Of a DNA stretch of 64,000 bases, positions 53,326 to 61,603 are shown one piece after another (within the stretch, counting starts at the first letter, position 1; each line of letters opens with the position of its first letter). Both the position numbers and the translations under genes were made by a program. The notes under the pieces were generated by a model. It was not told where the DNA came from and did no database searches. It saw only the letters and a list, made by a program, of their open reading frames with translations. The DNA is from an uncultured Gemmatimonadales bacterium (GTDB taxonomy: Bacteria > Gemmatimonadota > Gemmatimonadetes > Longimicrobiales > RSA9), in the NCBI GenBank assembly GCA_963798085.1, contig CAWCRS010000007.1, forward strand, positions 480,001 to 544,000. Reading direction: 5' to 3'.

Positions 53326-54066
53326 GTGCCGATCCTGTTCCAGAACCTGCAGCAGGCACTGCCGCGCCCAGGTGTGGCGTTGCTGGTCGCGGCGCTCGCA
53401 TTGTGCAGCGCGCTGCTGCTGGGCGCGCTGGCCGGCTGGCTGCGCGTGAGCCGCAAGGTGGCCGCACCCTACACGCGGAAACTCTTCCACATCGGTATCT
53501 TCAGCCTTGCGGCCGGGGTCCAGGTGGCATGGGGCGCCCCGGCCGTGTTCGTGTACGGTGGTGTGGTGGCGATGGTTGTGCTGTTCGCGGTCTGGCGGGG
53601 CAATGGCACCGCGTTGTACGAAGCACTGGCCCGGCCGACGGACGCGCCACACCGCACCCTGTTCGTGGTGGTGCCGTTGCTGACGACGGCGCTCGGCGGC
53701 GTGATCGTCAATCTGCTGTTTCATCGCGTGGCCTGGATCGGCTACCTGGTCGCGGGCTGGGGCGATGCGCTGGGTGAGCCCGCAGGCACACGCTGGGGGC
53801 GCCATCGCTTCCGTGTGCCCTCGCTCGCGGGTGTGCGCGCGACGCGCAGCCTTGAAGGCAGCACCGCCGTGCTGCTGGGCGGCGCGACGGCGGCGGCCGC
53901 AGGACTGCTGGCAACGGGTCACGCGCTGCCGGGCGCATTGATCACGGCGCTCGCCGCGGGTACCGCCGGCGCCATTGTGGAGGCGGTGAGCACACACGGG
54001 CTGGACAATCTGACCGTACAGGTGGCGGCAGCCGCGGCGGCCTACCTGCTCATAGGCGGGACGTGA
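53326..54066 (+). CDS. Polyprenol/phytol/dolichol kinase-like membrane protein (CTP_transf_1 clan)
   Basis: YTRKLFHI, GWGDA..AG..WGRH..RSLEGS and EAVS..GLDNL. The GTG start is approximate. Confidence 0.75.
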   Translation: MPILFQNLQQALPRPGVALLVAALALCSALLLGALAGWLRVSRKVAAPYTRKLFHIGIFSLAAGVQVAWGAPAVFVYGGVVAMVVLFAVWRGNGTALYEALARPTDAPHRTLFVVVPLLTTALGGVIVNLLFHRVAWIGYLVAGWGDALGEPAGTRWGRHRFRVPSLAGVRATRSLEGSTAVLLGGATAAAAGLLATGHALPGALITALAAGTAGAIVEAVSTHGLDNLTVQVAAAAAAYLLIGGT

Positions 54067-54119
54067 GACAACACGGTGCATGCCGCGTCGGTCGTGCGCC
54101 GCATTGAGAGGATCTGAGA

Positions 54120-55487
54120 ATGGCGTCGGACAAGGTACGCGTCCTGGTTGCTGATGACCAGGCAGATGTGCTCGAGGCGCTGCGCCTCCTGCTGAAGGCG
54201 GAAGAATACACGGTCGAGACAGTGGCATCGCCGGCGGCCGCGCTGGCCGCCATCGAGGAGCGCGATTTCGATGCGCTGATGATGGACCTCAACTACACGC
54301 GCGATACCACGTCAGGCAAGGAAGGCCTCGACCTGCTGAGCGCAGTGCAGAAGCTGGACGCCTCGCTGCCCGTGCTGGTGATGACGGCTTGGGGCAGCAT
54401 CCAGAGCGCGGTGGAAGCCATGCGCAGGGGCGCACGCGATTACATCGAGAAGCCCTGGGATAACGGCCGGTTACTGTCGACGCTGCGCACACACATCGAG
54501 CTGGGCCGCGTGCTGCGCGAGTCGCAGAAGCTGCAGACGGAAAATCAGCTGCTGCGCGGACAGAGCAAGATCGAGATGGTGACGGAATCGCGCGCGATGA
54601 AGAGCGTTCTGAGCATCATCGAACGCGTCGGACCGTCGGAGGCGAACGTCCTGATCACGGGCGAGCACGGCACGGGAAAGGAAGTCGTCGCCCGACTCCT
54701 GCACGCATCCTCGCCCCGCGCCCGCAAGCCGCTGGTCACGGTGAATGCCGGCGGCCTCTCCGAAGGTGTGTTCGAGAGCGAGCTGTTCGGTCACGTGAAG
54801 GGCGCGTTCACCGATGCCAAGGTGGATCGCGTGGGCTACTTCGAGCTGGCGGACGGCGGCACGCTGCTCCTCGATGAGATTGGCAACATGCCGGCCAAGC
54901 AGCAGGCCAAGCTGCTGCGGGCGCTGCAGAGCGGCGAGTTCCAGCGCGTCGGCTCGAGCAAGACGCGGCGCGCCAATGTGCGCGTGATCTCCGCGACCAA
55001 CGTCGACATCCGCCGCGAGCTGACCGATGGCCGCTTCCGCGAAGACCTGCTCTATCGACTGAACACCGTCGAGATCCATCTGCCGCCACTGCGCGACCGG
55101 CACGATGACATCGCCGTCCTCGCCGGGCACTTCCTGCGCCGTCAGCTGGCGCGCTACAACAAGAAGGTCAGCGGCTTCGACCGCGAAGCCATGCAGGCCA
55201 TGATGGAGTACTCGTGGCCGGGCAACGTGCGCGAGCTGGAACACGCCGTGGAGCGCGCGGTGCTCATGGCCCAGAGCGCGCAGATCAAGGCGGATGATCT
55301 CGGGCTGCGCGGCCGCGTCGACGGCGGCTCGCGCCTCGAGGAAATGACACTGGAAGACGCCGAGCAGTACCTCATCCAGAAGGCGCTCGCGCGCTTCGAC
55401 AGCAATGTCAGCCGGGCCGCCGAGGCGCTTGGACTCTCGCGCAGCGCGTTGTATCGGAGGCTTCAGCATTACGGGATTACGGCTTGA
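54120..55487 (+). CDS. NtrC-type sigma54-dependent response regulator (REC-AAA+-Fis HTH)
   Basis: VADD..MDLNY..MTAW..EKPW, GEHGTGKE, ESELFGHVKGAFTDA, LLDEIG, FREDLLYRLN, WPGNVRELEH and SALYRRL. Confidence 0.95.
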   Translation: MASDKVRVLVADDQADVLEALRLLLKAEEYTVETVASPAAALAAIEERDFDALMMDLNYTRDTTSGKEGLDLLSAVQKLDASLPVLVMTAWGSIQSAVEAMRRGARDYIEKPWDNGRLLSTLRTHIELGRVLRESQKLQTENQLLRGQSKIEMVTESRAMKSVLSIIERVGPSEANVLITGEHGTGKEVVARLLHASSPRARKPLVTVNAGGLSEGVFESELFGHVKGAFTDAKVDRVGYFELADGGTLLLDEIGNMPAKQQAKLLRALQSGEFQRVGSSKTRRANVRVISATNVDIRRELTDGRFREDLLYRLNTVEIHLPPLRDRHDDIAVLAGHFLRRQLARYNKKVSGFDREAMQAMMEYSWPGNVRELEHAVERAVLMAQSAQIKADDLGLRGRVDGGSRLEEMTLEDAEQYLIQKALARFDSNVSRAAEALGLSRSALYRRLQHYGITA

Positions 55488-55488
55488 A

Positions 55489-55530
55489 CCGTTGCTCGGG
55501 CAGGGGCTCGGGCTGGAGCTGGGGAACGGC
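55489..55530. repeat. Family B repeat copy
   Basis: CCGTTGCTCGGGCAGGGGCTCGGGCTGGAGCTGGGGAACGG resembles 36595-36635. Confidence 0.6.
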
Positions 55531-55771
55531 CTGTACGGATCGAAGGGCGCTGCCGGGGCAGGTCGGGAAATGCCTCGACGGAACGCGCGGGCGTGGCGCG
55601 GGTGAGGTCTCTGGCCCTGATCGAACCGGGAGGTGGTACCTGAATCCGGGGGCGGGTGTCTGAGGTACAAGAAACGGCTGGGCGGGCGGGGTCACGAATC
55701 GCGAAGCGTCGTTCAAGCAGAAGATGGGCACACAATTCCCGACAACAGAAAGCCGCAAGGCGAGGCCACCG

Positions 55772-57091
55772 ATGGCCTACGAGACGCGCGTGTTGATGTT
55801 CGCGCTGCTCGCGGGGATGCCGGGTGCGGCGCTGTCCGTGATTCTGCTCGTGTGGCACGGTTTCGAGCCCAAGGTCCAGTGGACGTTCGGACTGCTCGTG
55901 GTGGGGCTGTGGCTGGGATTTGCGTTCACGCTGCGCGATCGCGTGGTGCGGCCGCTGCAGACGCTTTCCAACCTGCTGGCCGCGCTGCTCGAGGGGGACT
56001 ACTCCATCCGTTCGCGCGGGGCGACGACGCAGGATGCACTGGGTCTCGCGATGCTCGAGGTGAACGCGCTGGGTCAGACACTGCGCGAGCAGCGCCTGGG
56101 CGCGCTCGAGGCCACGGCGCTGCTGCGCAAGGTCATGGACGAAATCGACGTCGCCATTTTCGCGTTCGACGCGGAAGGCAAGCTGCGCGTGGTGAACCAC
56201 GCGGGCGAGAATCTGCTGGGCCAGGCGGCGGAGCGCATGCGCGGCCGCACGGCGAAAGCGCTGGACCTGGAAGAATTCCTCGAAGGCGAGCCGCAGCGCA
56301 TCTTCGACGGCGCCTTTGCGGGCGCGACGCGCGGTCGCTGGGAGATCCGGCGTTCGCAGTTCCGGCAGGGCGGATTGCCGCACCAGCTGCTCGTCATTTC
56401 CGACGTGAGCCGCACGCTGCGTGAGGAAGAGCTGGCCGCGTGGCAGCGGCTGATCCGCGTGCTCTCGCACGAAATCAACAACTCGTTAGCACCCATCAAG
56501 TCCATTGCCGGCAGCCTGCGTTCACTGCTGGCGAGACCGGAACGACCGCGCGATGCCGATGAAGATCTGCTGCGCGGTCTCGATGTCATAGCCGGGCGAT
56601 CCGATGCACTGTCCCGCTTCATGCAGTCGTACGCCCGCCTGGCGCGCCTGCCCGCGCCCCGCCTGGCGCTGCTGGACGTGGGCACGTGGATCCGCCGCGT
56701 CGTCAGTCTGGAGACACGGCTGCCGGTGGCCGTCGAGAACGGGCCCGCCATCAGCATCAACGCCGATGGCGACCAGCTGGATCAGCTGCTCATCAACCTG
56801 GTGCGCAACGCGGTGGACGCATCCCTCGAGACGGGCGGCGGCGTGCGCGTGGGCTGGCACCGCGACAACGGCCACGTCGATGTGTGGATCCGCGACGAAG
56901 GGCCGGGCCTGGCCGACACGGCCAACCTCTTCGTGCCGTTCTTCACCACCAAGCCCAATGGCAGCGGCATCGGGCTGGCGCTCAGCCGCCAGATCACGGA
57001 GGCGCACCGCGGCTCGCTGACGCTGGAGAATGCGGACAAGCCGCGCGGCTGCGTGGCCCGTCTGCGCCTGCCCGTCAAACCCGCGCCCTGA
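55772..57091 (+). CDS. Membrane sensor histidine kinase (HAMP-PAS-HisKA-HATPase), cognate of upstream regulator
   Basis: Two TM helices, VLSHEINNSLAPI, NLVRNA, DEGPG and FFTTK..GSGIGL. Confidence 0.93.
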   Translation: MAYETRVLMFALLAGMPGAALSVILLVWHGFEPKVQWTFGLLVVGLWLGFAFTLRDRVVRPLQTLSNLLAALLEGDYSIRSRGATTQDALGLAMLEVNALGQTLREQRLGALEATALLRKVMDEIDVAIFAFDAEGKLRVVNHAGENLLGQAAERMRGRTAKALDLEEFLEGEPQRIFDGAFAGATRGRWEIRRSQFRQGGLPHQLLVISDVSRTLREEELAAWQRLIRVLSHEINNSLAPIKSIAGSLRSLLARPERPRDADEDLLRGLDVIAGRSDALSRFMQSYARLARLPAPRLALLDVGTWIRRVVSLETRLPVAVENGPAISINADGDQLDQLLINLVRNAVDASLETGGGVRVGWHRDNGHVDVWIRDEGPGLADTANLFVPFFTTKPNGSGIGLALSRQITEAHRGSLTLENADKPRGCVARLRLPVKPAP

Positions 57092-57130
57092 GCGCGACGC
57101 ACTGACACACCATTATCACGCGAGTGGACC

Positions 57131-57739
57131 ATGGGAAGGGAAGCGCAATGCGCGGCGGAATTCGATGCCTTTCAGGGCGAGGGCAAGGTTCAACTCGAGA
57201 CCGATGAGCTGATCTTCCGCGGCGCGCAGCGTCTGGTCGTGCCGCGCGCCGATATCACGTCCGCCATCGCGCAGGACGGCTGGCTGGAGATTGCGCACGC
57301 GGGCGGGCGGGCGCGCTTCCGCGTGGGCGCCTCCGCCAATCGCTGGGCGCACGACATCCTCCACCCGAAATCGCTGATCGACAAGCTGGATGTGAAGCTG
57401 GACATGCACGTGGCCGTGCTGGGCATCGAGGAGGGCACGTTTCTCGAGCCGCTGCGCGCGCGCGCCGCGAGGGTCGACACACGACTGGGCCGCGGTCCGT
57501 ACCACCTGATCTTCATGGTTGCCGACACACCGCGCGCGCTGGAACGGCTGCCGACGCTGCGCTCGCGTCTCGACTCTGCCGGCGGTGTGTGGCTGGTCAC
57601 GCCGCGCGGTGTGCCCGCACTTGGCCACGACCCCATCGTGGCCGCGGCCCGTACCGCCGGACTCGTCGATGTCAAAGCCGCGCGCTTTTCCGACACACAC
57701 ACGGCGCTCAAACTGGTCATCCCCCTCCGCGACCGCTGA
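57131..57739 (+). CDS. DUF3052-like hypothetical protein
   Basis: SLIDKLDVK and GGVWLV.P.G..GLVDVK.ARFS.TH.ALK.VIP. Confidence 0.6.
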   Translation: MGREAQCAAEFDAFQGEGKVQLETDELIFRGAQRLVVPRADITSAIAQDGWLEIAHAGGRARFRVGASANRWAHDILHPKSLIDKLDVKLDMHVAVLGIEEGTFLEPLRARAARVDTRLGRGPYHLIFMVADTPRALERLPTLRSRLDSAGGVWLVTPRGVPALGHDPIVAAARTAGLVDVKAARFSDTHTALKLVIPLRDR

Positions 57740-58348
57740 TTGTCAAACCTCGGCGGCGGCACCGGCATCCTATCCACGAGCCGGCCGTCTCATGAGGCAA
57801 AACGGGAGAAGGTACGACTGAGCGTGGGTCCAGGTGCGGACCTGGTGAGTCGCGCCAGGACCGGCGACCGCGATGCTTTCGACGCGCTCTACGCCGAGCA
57901 CGTCGGGCACGTCTACGCCGTGTGCCTGCGCATGACCGCGGACCCGGAACGCGCCACACAACTCACGCAGGACGCATTCGTCCTGGCATGGCGGGGATTG
58001 CCCGCTTTCCGCGGCGACAGCGCATTCTCCTCGTGGCTGCACCGGCTCGCCGTGAACGCGGTGCTCGAGGATGCCCGCCGCGAGAAGCGACGGGAAGCGC
58101 GCGTCACTTTCAGCAGCGACTTGAGCGAGAGCGATGCCATCGCGAGCAGTGGCAACGCGGATGCGCGCATGGATCTCGAGCGGGCCATCGCCACGCTGCC
58201 CGACGGCGCCCGACGCGTTCTCGTGCTGTATGACATTGAAGGCTGGCCCCAGGAGCAGATCGCAGACATGCTGGGCGTCGCCGTCGGCACGGTAAAGGCG
58301 CAGCTGCACCGCGCGCGGCGGCTGCTGCGGGAAAGGCTCTCGCGATGA
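57740..58348 (+). CDS. ECF RNA polymerase sigma factor (real start possibly ~57824)
   Basis: GDRDAFDALY, LTQDAFVLAW, FSSWLHRLAVN and IADMLGVAVGTVKAQLHRAR. Confidence 0.93.
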   Translation: MSNLGGGTGILSTSRPSHEAKREKVRLSVGPGADLVSRARTGDRDAFDALYAEHVGHVYAVCLRMTADPERATQLTQDAFVLAWRGLPAFRGDSAFSSWLHRLAVNAVLEDARREKRREARVTFSSDLSESDAIASSGNADARMDLERAIATLPDGARRVLVLYDIEGWPQEQIADMLGVAVGTVKAQLHRARRLLRERLSR

Positions 58349-58998
58349 GCGAGCACATCGACAACGATCGGCTGCAGGATGCCGTGGACGGACAGCTGGA
58401 TCCGGCTGCTGTCGCTGCCATCGAACAGCACACGGCTGTGTGCGACGAATGCCGTTCCGCGTTCGCGTCGCTGCGCCGGCTGCGCGGCGAGCTGCAGTCA
58501 CTGCCCCGCGCCATCACGCCGCCACGCGACCTGCGCGCCGGCATCTGGCAGCGTGTCGACCGTGACGACGGGGCCGTGATCCCATTGCGCCCGGCGGGGC
58601 GCGTGCCTCCGCGACGCTGGCTGCTGGCCGCGGCGGCGGTCGCGCTGATGGCGCTGTCTTCCGCCGCCACCTTTGTGGTCATGGAACTGCGGGGCGGTGG
58701 CGCCAGCGACCCGGCCGCCGCCGCGCAGCTCGCGTCCACGCAGGCGCTGGAAGCGCGCTACGTGACGGCCACCAGCGAGCTGGAGAAGGTGGTGCAGGAA
58801 CAGAGGGCGCAGCTTTCCCCCACCACCGTGCGGCTGCTCGAGGAAAACCTGCGCATCATTGATCGCGCGCTGGCCGAGGCGAGACAGGCGCTGCAGAGCG
58901 ATCCCGGCAACACCAGCCTCTCACGCATGCTGCTGGCCGTGTACGAGAAAAAGCTCGACCTGCTGCGCAGCGCCACTCAGGGCAATGCGGGGATCTGA
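58345..58998 (+). CDS. Anti-sigma factor (zf-HC2) with TM helix
   Basis: H..HTAVCDEC zinc motif, a single TM helix and an ATGA overlap with the sigma gene. Confidence 0.85.
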   Translation: MSEHIDNDRLQDAVDGQLDPAAVAAIEQHTAVCDECRSAFASLRRLRGELQSLPRAITPPRDLRAGIWQRVDRDDGAVIPLRPAGRVPPRRWLLAAAAVALMALSSAATFVVMELRGGGASDPAAAAQLASTQALEARYVTATSELEKVVQEQRAQLSPTTVRLLEENLRIIDRALAEARQALQSDPGNTSLSRMLLAVYEKKLDLLRSATQGNAGI

Positions 58999-58999
58999 A

Positions 59000-59929
59000 A
59001 TGCAACGGCACACCAGCCCCGAACCTCGCCGCGCGACGTTGCTGACACGGCTGTCAGCAATGGCGGCTCTGCTCGCACTGGTGCTGTTGCCATTGGCAGC
59101 GCGCGCGCAGCGTACCATCGACCGGCGCTTCGCCGTCCTGCCGACGGTTTCCCTGCGCGTCTACAACCTGGCGGGCTCAGTGAAGATCACGGGCTGGGAC
59201 CGCGACACGGTGACCGTCAGCGGCCAGGTGAACGACACGAAGGGCGCCGAATTCTTCATGGGCTTCGGCACCGCGGGTGGCAAGCTGGGCATCTGGTCGG
59301 AAACGCCCACCGACGTGAAACCGTCCAGCCTCGAGCTGCGTGTGCCGAAGGGCGCCCAGGTCTGGGTCAAGACGGCCAGCGCCGACGTCATTGTCACCGA
59401 TGTCACCGGCGGCGTCGACATCAATTCCGTCACCGGCCGCATCACGGTACACGGTGCCCCGTCCGAGCTGTACGCCGAAACCATGGGCGGCAATGTGGAC
59501 GTCGATGCCGCTACACGCTTTGCCCGCCTGAAGACAGCGAGCGGCGACATCCACGTGCGCGGCGCCATCGAGGACATTACGACGACCACCGTGAGCGGTG
59601 CGCTGACCATAGAAGGCGATCACTTCGTGCGCGGCAGCTTCGAGTCGGTGGATGGCAACATCCGCTACCTCGGTGACGTGGCGAGGGAGAGCGCACTCGA
59701 GTTCATCAACCACAGTGGCGACGTCGAGTTTCTGCTGCCGGCCGGCACATTGGCAGACTTCTCCATCAGCACGTACTACGGCAGCTTCGACGATCACTAC
59801 GGCGTGCAGCCGAAGTACGGGGGCAACAAGCTGAAGGGCAGGGAAATCAGCTTCAGCACGGGCGGTGGCGGCGGTCAGGTCACGGTGCGCAACTTCAAGG
59901 GCAAGGTGATCCTGCGGCGCCGGAGCTGA
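59000..59929 (+). CDS. DUF4097 beta-strand repeat exported protein
   Basis: Signal peptide and repeated (T/S)(A/V)SG(D/N)(I/V) units. Typical third gene of this ECF operon type. Confidence 0.8.
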   Translation: MQRHTSPEPRRATLLTRLSAMAALLALVLLPLAARAQRTIDRRFAVLPTVSLRVYNLAGSVKITGWDRDTVTVSGQVNDTKGAEFFMGFGTAGGKLGIWSETPTDVKPSSLELRVPKGAQVWVKTASADVIVTDVTGGVDINSVTGRITVHGAPSELYAETMGGNVDVDAATRFARLKTASGDIHVRGAIEDITTTTVSGALTIEGDHFVRGSFESVDGNIRYLGDVARESALEFINHSGDVEFLLPAGTLADFSISTYYGSFDDHYGVQPKYGGNKLKGREISFSTGGGGGQVTVRNFKGKVILRRRS

Positions 59930-59996
59930 CGGCGGCATCGTCGGGTTCGGTGGGATCCACTAACGGCACTGTTTGGGCACCGGCGGCGCCCGCGCC

Positions 59997-61220
59997 TCAG
60001 CCCAGCAGCGCGAGGTCGGTCTGCTGCTTGAGGTTCGTGTAGCTGGGGTACGATGCGGGTGGTGAGTCGGGCAGCCACAGCGTGAACGTGGAGCCAATGC
60101 CGGCGCGCGTCTCGAGCGTCAGCTCCCCGCCCAGCAGTCGGGCAATGCGCCGCGCAATGGCCAGACGGAAGCCAGGCCGCTCACCGCGCCGCTCGACCCG
60201 GTAGACCTCCTCGAAAATCAGGTCGTGGTCGCCCACGCCGGGTCCCGTATCCGTGATGGACAGGCACAGGTAGCGCGCCGGATCGGAACGACGACGGCCG
60301 GGCCGCATATCGCCACGCACGCGGATGTTGCCGCCTACCGGCGTGTAGCGGAATGCATTGCTCAGCAGCGTGTCCAGCACCTGTCGCACGAAGTCCATGT
60401 CCGTGACGATCGTCGGCAGATCTTCGGGCACCGCCACGTCGACTTCGATGCCGATGGTGCCGACGGTGAGCTGGAAATCGCGCACGATGCCGCGCAGCAC
60501 CATGCCCAGATTCGTGGGCTCGGGGCGCAGGGTGAGGTTGCCCGTGTCGATGCGCGACAGCTGCACGAGGTCGTTGATGATGTGGACCACGGTCTCGATG
60601 CTCTGGCGACTGCGATCGATGTAACGCTTCTCGCGCTCGTTCAGCTCGCCTTCCGTGTCCAGCAGCTGCACGTACTCCGCCGCCGCGCCGAGGCGGTCCT
60701 TCAGATCCTCGCCCACACCCGAGATGAGGCGGTACTTGTCCTCCACCATGCGCCTCGCCTCATCGCGCGTTTCGCGCAGCTCGGTGTTCAGCGAAGTGCG
60801 CACGAGAGCCAGCGTAGCGACCGTGGCGAGGTCGCTCAGACGCTCGAGCGTGGCCGCGTCGACGGGCGGTGAGGTCGGCCGGCGGAACAGCACGATGTTG
60901 CCGATACGTTCGTGCCGGCGACCCAGCGCGATGGTGATGCGGGTGGCTTGCTCGAGGTCGGCGTTGATGGCGTCCGCACTGCCGGGCGGACCGGCGGAGA
61001 CGATAACCGTGCCCAGGCCTTCGGCCCCCTGCAGCCGCTCGATGTGCACGGCCAGCGAGTCCGTCACGGTGCGCACACTCTCCGCCACATTGCGCAGCAC
61101 CATGAGGCCATCCTCGTCCCCCGCCATGCGGCGGACGAGCGTACGCATCTCGTCCAGCCGGGAGCGGAGTACGGCTTCGCTGTCCGTCATCGGAGGAAAG
61201 TCCGGAGCATGCTGCTTCAC
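59997..61220 (-). CDS. GAF-like + HisKA/HATPase protein lacking the phospho-acceptor His (pseudokinase candidate)
   Basis: The H-box reads GVGEDLKDRL. LLSNAFRYT, DTGPGV and GSTFTLWLP are present, and the G2 box is degenerate (PGFRLAIA). Confidence 0.75.
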   Translation of the reverse strand: MKQHAPDFPPMTDSEAVLRSRLDEMRTLVRRMAGDEDGLMVLRNVAESVRTVTDSLAVHIERLQGAEGLGTVIVSAGPPGSADAINADLEQATRITIALGRRHERIGNIVLFRRPTSPPVDAATLERLSDLATVATLALVRTSLNTELRETRDEARRMVEDKYRLISGVGEDLKDRLGAAAEYVQLLDTEGELNEREKRYIDRSRQSIETVVHIINDLVQLSRIDTGNLTLRPEPTNLGMVLRGIVRDFQLTVGTIGIEVDVAVPEDLPTIVTDMDFVRQVLDTLLSNAFRYTPVGGNIRVRGDMRPGRRRSDPARYLCLSITDTGPGVGDHDLIFEEVYRVERRGERPGFRLAIARRIARLLGGELTLETRAGIGSTFTLWLPDSPPASYPSYTNLKQQTDLALLG

Positions 61221-61603
61221 CGGGGGACCCTACCTGTCAGGATCGAACGACACACGTCAGATCGTGGAGTTGCACTGCTCGTGCCAGATCGAGCGAGTGG
61301 GGCGTGGCTTCGTGTCAAGGGCCTCACGCGCGGGCGCATGGCGTGGTAACGGGCGCGCTCCCGTGACACACCCGCGTTACGAGGTGGACAGGCTGTACCG
61401 GGCGCGTAAGATAGTGCCTGTGCCCGGGAAAAAGTAGCGGCGTCCGCGAGCGCAGCCGAACCCCCGGTCCGCAGCCCCCGGTTACGCGCCGGTGACGTTG
61501 ACAGGAAGCGTCGCATGACGACAGGTTGTGGCGGCATGATCAGAGGCCCAGGGCGAGGCATCCGGAGCAGCAGAGCGGAGGGCTCCGGTCCGGACTGCAC
61601 AGC

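Noticed and set aside
46475..53467. Long antisense ORFs (468, 784, 319, 387 aa) over the permeases
   Set aside because: They are shadow ORFs with no recognisable domains, fully overlapping well-supported genes.
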